Below are positions 47,495 to 56,797 of a DNA stretch of 64,000 nucleotides, piece after piece. The notes beneath the pieces are model-generated. The model was not told the DNA's origin. It did no database searches and worked only from the letters and a program-made list of their open reading frames with translations. Where the stretch lies: the NCBI GenBank assembly GCA_043228905.1, contig JBHGNT010000017.1, positions 8,184,001 to 8,248,000 on the forward strand, given 5' to 3'. This DNA is from Azolla caroliniana (taxonomy: Eukaryota > Plantae > Polypodiophyta). The position numbers were made by a program, and so were the translations under genes. Numbering within the stretch: position 1 is the first letter of the stretch; each line of letters begins with the position of its first letter.

Positions 47495-48090
47495 TTATTC
47501 CTCTTTCATTCATTCCCCATAAGGGGTTAAATAGTACAAGAGGGGGTAGATACATACGGGTGTAACTCCCCTCGAGCATTCATACTGGACACTCACTCAC
47601 ACCTCCTCGTATCCATCCACATGCACACACGTTGTCGTGAAGATCCGTCACTACGCGCGGATCGTGAGGCGGAACCGCCGGGGTTCTGGACCGGAAGGAT
47701 TCAAAGTCGGTACAAGCTTTTCGTAAGCTTTAGCGAGAAAGTACTTAAGATAGATTGGGAAAGAGAGAAGTTGAGATCACCCAATTGAGAGAGATTGATT
47801 GAAGTTTAACTTTAGATTTAAGAAACAAGTTACACGATCAATTTGATAACGAATCTCTTCCTCTTAATTTTCATAAAAAAAACCGTGTTTTTTCTCCTCC
47901 CCCTTCCCTCTTTTATAGATGCTCTCATGCATATGATGCATGTGAGGGTACAAGACATGCATAAATTGCATGTTTGCCATTTGGCGCTTACGTATTACAT
48001 GTGGTGCATGATAACCATGTCACTCATTTTAGTTCTCATGTATGAGAATTTACATGTAAAAGTACTATGATAGAAATATAATTTCAACTA

Positions 48091-48161
48091 AATAGCATGG
48101 CTTAATGGTAAGCCAATTGACTCTTAACTTGGAAGTGCAAGGTTCGAATCCTTACTTGCCC
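48091..48161 (+). promoter_or_regulatory. tRNA-like A-box/B-box cassette inside the LTR (second copy about 58674-58744)
   Basis: TGGCTTAATGG (48098) and GGTTCGAATCC (48141) at tRNA spacing. D-arm GGCTT/AAGCC and T-arm AAGG/CCTT pair. The acceptor stem does not pair. Confidence 0.7.
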
Positions 48162-49434
48162 TCCTTGTATATGTAAATATGTATATATATTTATATATTT
48201 ATTTATCTAGCCGGATGCCGTCGGTTACCGGTGCGTCGTCGGATGCCATCGCCGGATACCAGTGCATCGGATGCCGTCGGTTACCGTTGTCGTCGCCGGA
48301 TGTTGTCGGTTACCGGTGCGTCGCCGGATGCCGTCGGTTACCGGTGCCTCGCCGGATGCCGCCGGATTACCGTCGGATGCCGCCGGATCACCGGCTCCAT
48401 CGCCGGTCCGGTTTTGGTTGGCCAAAACCCTTTACGTACCTTGAACTCTCTATGCTCCACACATAGACACAAAGATAATATCTTTTGCTCCACCTTATAT
48501 ATGATGAGAGCTGTATTTGTCGTGCCTATGTGGGATATCTCACAATTTTCTCCTTTCCTTTTACAAACTTTATACCCTCATATCTTGACATTTAGTTGTT
48601 CGTTTCTCGTGTAATAAAGTGCATTCGAAACCTCCATCATTTTGTACTTAGATATTAAATCGATTTAAAATGTTATCTTCACAATTATTGTATTATGTGA
48701 TTCATACTCGATTTCGTACGTTTTATGGGATTTTCACACTATTGCCGAAAATCTTCACGACATCCACCCCCACCAAACCGCACGTCCTCCGGTACGTGCC
48801 AAGAAGAGAAGAAGTGAGATTTCGGCTACGATGATCAATTAGATTCCTCCATGGCTTCATTTTCATCCGGCCTATAATGTTCATCGTCGAGGTAATCGAG
48901 GTCAGGATCCTTGTCTTGTCTTTTCTTGAAAATCTTTACTCTTTTTCCCGCAATGGGTACGGCCAACCTTGATCCGTCTAGTTCCGCAAGGTGGTATGTG
49001 GCATTATCGTTGGCACTTGTTACCACATACGGCCCGAACCATCTTCTTGCGAACTTCCTTGTTGTACTGTGTTGATTGTCAAGGGTGTTGTCGTAAACCA
49101 AAACCCAATCCCCTTCTTTAATCTTCTTGGGACGAAGTCGATGCGTGTTGTCGAACCGAACTTTGTTCTTTACTCGGGATGCCTTCATCATCGTTCGCGC
49201 TTTTTCTAAATCTTCATGTCTTCTTTCAAGTTGCCTTATCCACGCTGCTAATGACTCTTCTCGGCTCATCTCGTTCTCCCATGGTATCGCTACCCATGAG
49301 GCGATCGTCCTTTCGATGGGCATAATCCGCTTTTGTCCATACATAAGCTCCGTCGGCATATACCCTGTCACCGAGCTATGTGTCGTTCTATCGGCCCACA
49401 AGGCATAGGGTAATAGTCGTGGCCAATTCCCGAC

Positions 49435-51648
49435 TCAACCGTTGCATGCCCGTACGATGGCTTTAACGATAGGTCCATGCCCTCGCTCGATCTTCCCATT
49501 CGCTTCCGGATTGTAGGCAGTCGTGAGGGAGAGCTTCACGCCTAGTCTTTCGAAGAGTTCCGTCGCTTCGTGCGCGTCCAACTCCCCTCGGTCGGCCACT
49601 ATCTTCCCTACACATCCATATCGGCAAACAACATCTTCAAGTAAAAATTTACAAACGGCTGAAGTCGTCTTATTTGTCAAGGCTCGTCCTTCCACTTGAT
49701 TTGTCAAGTCTTCCCTTGCCAACGCTAAGTACTTCATTTGTCCCACTCCCATTGGCATCGAGACCAGATCCACCATCCATTTGAAGTGAATGGTGAGTGG
49801 GTATGTCGGCTTTAACTCATCACGATGACGTATATTTGAATATATTTGGCAAGTTTCACATGTGGACACGAAATGGAGTACATCTTTGTACATGCTTGGC
49901 CACCAGTACTTCTCCTTCAATTTTTCGAACGTTGCCCATGTTCCTCTATGACCTGCCCAAGCACTCTCGTGGAATTCGGTCATCAGCGTCTCTTGCTCTT
50001 CTTTCTTTACCACCACTCGACGTGGTATTCCTGTCCGTCTTTTTGGATGTCGCCAAAGGAATCCTCCCTTCAAGAAGTATCGGTAAGCTTTCTTTCGGAT
50101 TCGTAGGGCCTCCTCCTTTGTCAACGAAGCATTTGTCGTCAATGTTCTTAGGAATCTACCGATGAGTAACCATTCTCCTTCGTACTTGTTCTCGTTGAAG
50201 GCGTGGAGGGTTTGCGTGTCCTGGTCTTCCGGCGACATTCGAGCCATCTTGAAGAAGTCGAGCGCGACATCTTCATCTTCCGAAACCATGTTACTTCCAT
50301 TTGAAAATCTTGCCCTCGACAGCATGTCAGCCATGGCGTTCTTCTTCCCTGCAATGTGACGGATCTCTGGGTTTAAAGACTTGATGTAGGCGATCCACCT
50401 TAGCATAGCAAGATCTGCGGTCGCACATCCCGAGACCATTCCGAGAATTGGGAGACAATCTGTCTCTATTATCACTTCTGACCCAATCAGGTAATCTTTG
50501 TCCGTCTTCACTGCTGACACAATACCCCAAAGTTCCCGCTTGACTTGGGCATATCTTTGTTGCCGTTCGTTGAGAACCTTTGCTCCGAACCGGATGGCAT
50601 ATCGCGCATTATCTTCACCTTCTTGGTTGATGACCCACCCGATTCCGGTTGGACTCGTATCTACGGTCACGTAAATTGGTTTCCCTTTGGCATAATCGGC
50701 CTTCCTTAGTGCCGGAGCTTCAAGAAGAAGTTTCTTTAATCTTCGCATCACCTTTGTGTGCTCGTCTCGCCATTCGAACTTTATTCTTTTCTTTAGTAGT
50801 CCATATAACGGTTCGGCGACATGAGCGTAGTGAGGAATCCATATATGATAAAATGCGCATGCTCCAAGGAACCTTCGAACCTCCGTTTGGTTTTCGCATT
50901 CTTCTTTCATGTCTTGGATTGCGTTCACTTTGGATGGCGAGGGCTTCCGGCCGTATGCTCCACACAAGTGACCTACCACCAAGATCTCTGGTTGCCCGAA
51001 TGCGGATTTTTCTCCCGAAAATGTCAAATTCGCATCTTTGAGCCTTTGAAGCACCTTCTCGCAATCTTTCATATGATCCGCAACGAACTTTCTACAACCT
51101 TCCTTATCTTTCGATTCATCTTTCTCCTCATCCGAACATCCTTTTATCGGAATATCATCCAAGAATGGCATCGTGATGTCCAGAATGCAATCCTTCAAGA
51201 CTATATTCATGGCATTCACCATATGAGCCACCGAGTTCGTTGCGCCTTGGGGTAAGGTACACATCCGCACAAGCCCGATCGGAGTCCTCATGGTTGTAAT
51301 GTCCCGACTGTCGATCGCCAATTGGAATTGGTCATATACGGAGTAGAGATCGCCAATGGAGTAGATGGACCGGCCCGCAAACGCTTCGGCAAATTCGTCC
51401 ACGCTCGGACCGATTCCAGCATTTCGAATTGTCACCTTGTTGACGGGTTGAAGATCTTGGATGAATCGCAATGATCCATTCTTCTTCGGCACCGTGAACC
51501 ACCTATTGGAATAAGGAGCATTCGACGGTTCTAGAATTCCCATACTCACCTTCTCCTTTAAGAGCTCGATCAGCTTTGGAAGGTCAGCTCTCGGAACCGG
51601 TATCGGTTTCAAATTCCAAGGCACATGAGGCACCGTGAAGATCACCAT
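49435..51648 (-). CDS. RT-RNase H-integrase fragment (737 aa) of the 47633 element
   Basis: LRFIQDLQ, LPQGATNS, FLDD, VDTS, GHRG, CETC, WMVDL, ADRGE. Frameshifted at both ends. Confidence 0.9.
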   Translation of the reverse strand: MVIFTVPHVPWNLKPIPVPRADLPKLIELLKEKVSMGILEPSNAPYSNRWFTVPKKNGSLRFIQDLQPVNKVTIRNAGIGPSVDEFAEAFAGRSIYSIGDLYSVYDQFQLAIDSRDITTMRTPIGLVRMCTLPQGATNSVAHMVNAMNIVLKDCILDITMPFLDDIPIKGCSDEEKDESKDKEGCRKFVADHMKDCEKVLQRLKDANLTFSGEKSAFGQPEILVVGHLCGAYGRKPSPSKVNAIQDMKEECENQTEVRRFLGACAFYHIWIPHYAHVAEPLYGLLKKRIKFEWRDEHTKVMRRLKKLLLEAPALRKADYAKGKPIYVTVDTSPTGIGWVINQEGEDNARYAIRFGAKVLNERQQRYAQVKRELWGIVSAVKTDKDYLIGSEVIIETDCLPILGMVSGCATADLAMLRWIAYIKSLNPEIRHIAGKKNAMADMLSRARFSNGSNMVSEDEDVALDFFKMARMSPEDQDTQTLHAFNENKYEGEWLLIGRFLRTLTTNASLTKEEALRIRKKAYRYFLKGGFLWRHPKRRTGIPRRVVVKKEEQETLMTEFHESAWAGHRGTWATFEKLKEKYWWPSMYKDVLHFVSTCETCQIYSNIRHRDELKPTYPLTIHFKWMVDLVSMPMGVGQMKYLALAREDLTNQVEGRALTNKTTSAVCKFLLEDVVCRYGCVGKIVADRGELDAHEATELFERLGVKLSLTTAYNPEANGKIERGHGPIVKAIVRACNG

Positions 51649-54100
51649 CGGCTCTATAACCTTTGGGTCGGCGTATCCGATTTCTCATGGGAAGAATGCA
51701 AAAGCCTTCCCATGTCTCTCAAGCATATCGCGAAACATTCGCTCCTCTTCAGGGAGAAGGAAATCCTCCTTTCCAACTCGTAGCTTCCCCTTCGTCTCTT
51801 TGGTGAAGTCATGACCTATCTTCTTTGGATCTCTTAAGCTTGGATCGTTAGCGACTTCCTTCATCTTTTGCCAGCTATCTTCCGGTAGCGGAACCGCAAC
51901 TGGCTTGATCTTCTTATCCACCGTTTTATATTTCGTGTTGATGTCAGCTTACTTGATCGAGATGCCACGACGGTATTCATCGATGATAGCGTACATGTTG
52001 ACGGAGTTAACCGAAATCACGCGTTGGTTGTGAAGATAGCTCAAGTCCACGACGTCCTCGATTTCGCCGATGGTGTCGTTAAATGAGGCTTCTTCCATAA
52101 TATGAGTCACGAACTCTCCCTCTTCTATTATATTCTCTTCTTTCAACATCTTCTCGAATTCTTGTATCCGGCGCTTGTGCTTCTTGTCGGGTAGTACTAG
52201 TTTACATGCGCCAGTGGTGTCGTTAAATGAGGCTTCTTCCATAATATGAGTCACGAACTCTCCCTCTTCTATTATATTCTCTTCTTTCAACATCTTCTCG
52301 AATTCTTGTATCCGGCGCTTGTGCTTCTTGTCGGGTAGTACTAGTTTACATGCGCCACTAGGTGTGACACATGTTGCTTCTCCTTGCAATCCACGCACTC
52401 TTCTTTCTTGTGGGGTCTTGTGATTGCTCGGACTATTTGTGCCCCATGCTTCAATAGTCCGCTCTAAAATCCGAGGATTCGCCTCCGAGACTATCTCGAT
52501 TCCTTTCATGATTGGCTCGCACCGTTAGGAATTGGACCAATCTTTGGTTGTCAAGACTCTTTATTCGTGCAAAGGCTGCTCCATTATCGAACACTTTGGT
52601 CTCCATCCGAGATGATGTGATATAAGGTTGCCCTAGGATGACAGGATGCGACGCCAATTCTTGTACGAAGAAGTGTTGATCCATCTCCACATCCCCGATC
52701 GTGACTTTGACATTTGGACAAGCTCCGTACAAATACTCCGTAGACTTTGTTGCCGCGCGAATCTTCCATCCGTGGTTTGTATTGATTGGCCATCTTCCTT
52801 TTTTGTAGAAGTCGGTTGACATGAGGTTGATCTCCGAGCCGTGGTCGATCAAGGCTACCACAGTCTCTTTCTTCTCCCCGATCTTCACCGGCGTCTCCGT
52901 TGTCGCTCGTGCCCAATGAGGTCGAGTGTAGTGGCTGTCCACCATATCTTCATCGATTTCATCTCTTGCCATCATTATGGCATTCGTTTTTGCTTTTTGC
53001 GGCTTCTCTTCTTCCTCGTCTGATTGTTGTCTCTTTCTCTTTACAAGGTCCACGATCGTGTCATGGAACTCCTTCTTCGTAATGCCAAGCAATTCCCTCA
53101 AGGACAAAGTTACGTGGCTATCAAGAACTCGTTCTTCGAGAATCTTCTTTAGGTCCGTCGTCTACTCTATGTCCGACCTTAGCTTATAGGTAGGTATAGT
53201 CCTTGTCCTCCGAGCGGGGTCTTCGACACCAACCTTCACGGGCCGCACCGTTTCTTCAACTCGTATGCTCGGCTCCCCTTTTCAGCTTGATTCTCGTTCC
53301 TCCGTTTGTAAAGGTCGACTCGTCTCCGCATCGTCCTTCTTTTTCGCGTTCCTTGTTTCATGTCTTTTAGATGGGCCTTGCTCTTCTATTCTCTTTCTCT
53401 TTTCTTCGACGAACACCTTGTGGTTGTCGCACATCACCTCTGCGAGTATGGTGTTGTCGTCCACCGGATCCGACAACCCGGTTATGCTTTGCACGCTTCG
53501 GTCCGCAAGCTCTACCTCGTTCGATGTGATTTTTCCCTTCTTCTCATATTCGAGAACGGAAGTCCAAAACTTTGCTCCAGCTCTAGCAGCTTCAGTCTTG
53601 TCTTTCCCGACTCTTATTCCGGCCGACGCAGCATAGTGCATCGCATCCACATGAGTCGCATCGGCATCCTCCATAGATCTCTTCATTCCTCCTCTTCCGA
53701 AATTCACCCGTAGGGGTCTTCTAGTCTCGCTTGAGCAGATCATGTTGTCCTCTATGTATACGATATTTTGTCGAATCGCCTCTCGAAGACTCGCACAATC
53801 CCTTCTCATGTGGTCCATGCTATCGCACCACACGCATCTAAAGGGTTCTTTTCCTTTAGGGCCCCGACGATTCATGTTGGCTAGCGTGACCTTCTCGAAC
53901 TTCTTCGCTAGCTCTTCAATGATGTCGTCATCAATCTTCTTTTCTTCCACGTTACTTTGTCTTGGCGGCTCAACTACTTTCGGCGGTCTTGCTTTCTCCA
54001 TTGTCGTAGTGTATTTTGTACACTACGTGAAAAACGTATATAGTATTAGATTCAATAAAAAATGAAGAAATAGAAGAAAATAGCAAAATAAATGGAACAT

Positions 54101-54170
54101 GCATAGGGCAAGATTCGAACCTTGCACCTCCATGTTAATAATGTAATGTCTTACCATTACACTAGCATTT
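54101..54170 (-). promoter_or_regulatory. tRNA-like A-box/B-box cassette inside the LTR (second copy 56855-56924)
   Basis: Minus strand reads TAGTGTAATGGTAAG...GTGCAAGGTTCGAATCTTGC. T-arm GCAAG/CTTGC. Confidence 0.65.
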
Positions 54171-54769
54171 CATTAGTGTTAAAGCATAGATGTCCCACAT
54201 AGAAAGGTAAATTCACGCTAGGATAAACATTAGAAAAACGCATAACAAAAGAAAAAGCTACACATACACATCTAGCGTGCATGATAAAAAACGCACAAGT
54301 TAGAAAAAAGCATGATCACTTTAGATAAAGCATATAGTCTATCTATAGGAAAAGCATGGGGTCTATAGTTAGAGAAAAAGCATGGATTACTAAGACTTCC
54401 TCATCACTACATAAGGATGGGGAGCACAATGTAATTGTGTGTGAAAAATATTTGGAAACTAGATATGTTTCTAAAAAACACCAATTAATAAACTATACTC
54501 GTGGGATTCACGAGAATTCTATATCATTCTCTTTCAACCGAAGTTTATATTCTTATATTCATATTGATTAATCTAATACAATACACTCGTGGGATTCACG
54601 AGTTTGCTATAACTCTTTCTTACAACATATTTATATTCTTATTAGCCTTAAAACTCTCTTCTTCCTAGTCCAAAACCCCAGTGGTTCCCACCCGACTCAC
54701 GCAAACGATCCGGAGCCGAAAGGCACGACACAGTTGGTGAACCCGACGTGAAGACCGGGTGGCAAGGAG

Positions 54770-56797
54770 ATGGAGAATCAACAAGAGGCGATGAACATGA
54801 TGATGATGATGTTCGAGAGAATGCTACAAGAACAACGCGAGATGTCGGAGATCACGACAGTAGTACAACGACTCGTACAACGAAACGGACAATTCAACGG
54901 AAACGATGTGTCACGCTATCTACGTGACTACAAGGCGGAGATGATACGATGTGGGATACCGGAAGGATTGCAAGTGATATCCTTTAGTCGGGTGGCCTCG
55001 GACGAACTACAAGAGAGAATCCACAAGATACAACAACAAAACTCGACATGGGAGTCCTTTGAAGAAGCTTTACGGGAGGCATATGACTATGAGAGATGGA
55101 CGGGACGAGATCGACGAGAATTCGACGAATGGGTGGCGTCGGAGAAGACTCACCGAAGTGCAACGCAAGCGTTCCTAGAGTTCGAGCATCGTTTTGCTCG
55201 ACTCTCGGAGCGGGAACGAAGATTGGTGGGAGGAGATAAAGTCTTAATGTTCGTAAGATCGATCGATCGGAAAGAAAGGATAGACATTGGGATCGAACTC
55301 GAAGATGATGACGGTGCGAACGGCCTTACCGAGGATTGGGCTAAAGTCGAAAGGGTATGCCGAAGACATGATGAAAGGAAGTTGAGAATCTCGTCAACAA
55401 CGACATGGCCCATGAAGGATGGTCGATTGAGGAAAAACGATGAAGCCAATATGAAGGCCGAAATACAACATGATGGTACCACGGGAGAAAGAGTGGAACA
55501 AGACACCCACTCGTCTTGTGAAAGAACGATGGCGAAGGATAAGGCCGATAATTCAAGTGTAGAAGGAAATTTCGGGATACAAGTGCCCGAGACATCGGGT
55601 CAAAAAGGGGTAAGCATAATAGATGTTTGCATAATTGATGCAGATAAAGAGTGTGAAGCGGATGTGATTAAGGAGGTAGCCACAAAAGACGAAATCGAAT
55701 CAGAGGTGGCTATGGACGAATCAATGGCGGATTGCCATATCGAGACTTCCCCACCACTGATTCCAGAGACTCCGGCGGTTGCGATCGAAAGGCAACGTGA
55801 GACCGAAGAGACGGAAGGTGGCGGAGAGAAAACGAATGCCGAAGCCGACGAATATGATGAAGAGATAGCCGAGAAGAATGCTAAGGGTGAAACTACGAAA
55901 GAAGGTAATACCGAGGATTCATGCCAACAATATCTAGAGACTTCGGCGGTTGTGTCCGAGAACCAACGTGAGACCGGAGAGACGGGAGATGGCGGCGAGG
56001 AAGGTAAAGTCGGAAGTCGGTTCGGATGGAAAATGATCCATCCGAAATTCCAATCTAAAAGAAAGTGCGACAATGCGGAGGTCGGGTCTACGACGGGAGA
56101 AGCGCGTAATACAGAGCACGCTCTACGGCGAATAAAGAAACGCGTGTTATGGCGAATAAAGAAGCACGCGCTACGGCGAGAAAAGAAGCATGCATTACAA
56201 CCACACGAGGACCGAACAACGAGCACATATCGGAGGACCTACGTAGCGAACAACGGAAAGAAGTGCCGAAAGTCGAACCGGACAAGGCAGGTGAAAACGA
56301 AGAAAAGAAAGCAAATCCGGACGAAAAGAAAAGAAAAGAAACCGACCCGAAAGAGCACTGAATCGGTAAAAACCGATCAACCGAGTCCGGATCGACCGAA
56401 TACAAATCGGAAAGGAAGCCGAACTAAACGAAAGACGATCCGACGAGACCGAATCGGAAGTAAGCTAATCCGACTAAACCGAAAATCCGAAAAGAAGTCG
56501 AGATTGATGAAGAAAAGAAAGAGGGCAAGAAAAGATACTACCGTGGATGACAAGGACCAAGCGGGCCATGCAAAAAGCGAACGAAGACTATGGTGGATCG
56601 GATGGCGACAATGGTTCGGGTGGAAAGAATGGGTCTACTCAAAATGGAGAGACAAAGTTGACATAGCGGGACAAACGGAGGATGGACGGAGGAGACTAAC
56701 AAACACCAACAACTTCGGCACATACCGGAGGATGTGCGGGTTTGGAGGGGGTGAGTGTCGTAGTGTATTTTGTACACTACGTGAAAAACGTATATAG
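54770..56797 (+). CDS. Gag-derived 675-aa ORF with an acidic middle and a K/R-rich tail
   Basis: N-terminal ~205 aa align by eye with the gags at 35402 and 58154 (GQFNGNDVSRYL..Y, WESFE, GLTEDW..V..VC). No CCHC knuckle and no pol. Confidence 0.8.
   Translation: MENQQEAMNMMMMMFERMLQEQREMSEITTVVQRLVQRNGQFNGNDVSRYLRDYKAEMIRCGIPEGLQVISFSRVASDELQERIHKIQQQNSTWESFEEALREAYDYERWTGRDRREFDEWVASEKTHRSATQAFLEFEHRFARLSERERRLVGGDKVLMFVRSIDRKERIDIGIELEDDDGANGLTEDWAKVERVCRRHDERKLRISSTTTWPMKDGRLRKNDEANMKAEIQHDGTTGERVEQDTHSSCERTMAKDKADNSSVEGNFGIQVPETSGQKGVSIIDVCIIDADKECEADVIKEVATKDEIESEVAMDESMADCHIETSPPLIPETPAVAIERQRETEETEGGGEKTNAEADEYDEEIAEKNAKGETTKEGNTEDSCQQYLETSAVVSENQRETGETGDGGEEGKVGSRFGWKMIHPKFQSKRKCDNAEVGSTTGEARNTEHALRRIKKRVLWRIKKHALRREKKHALQPHEDRTTSTYRRTYVANNGKKCRKSNRTRQVKTKKRKQIRTKRKEKKPTRKSTESVKTDQPSPDRPNTNRKGSRTKRKTIRRDRIGSKLIRLNRKSEKKSRLMKKRKRARKDTTVDDKDQAGHAKSERRLWWIGWRQWFGWKEWVYSKWRDKVDIAGQTEDGRRRLTNTNNFGTYRRMCGFGGGECRSVFCTLREKRI

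Noticed and set aside
48091-48161. Functional tRNA gene
   Set aside because: The acceptor stem does not pair and the anticodon stem is imperfect. Reported as a tRNA-like cassette only.
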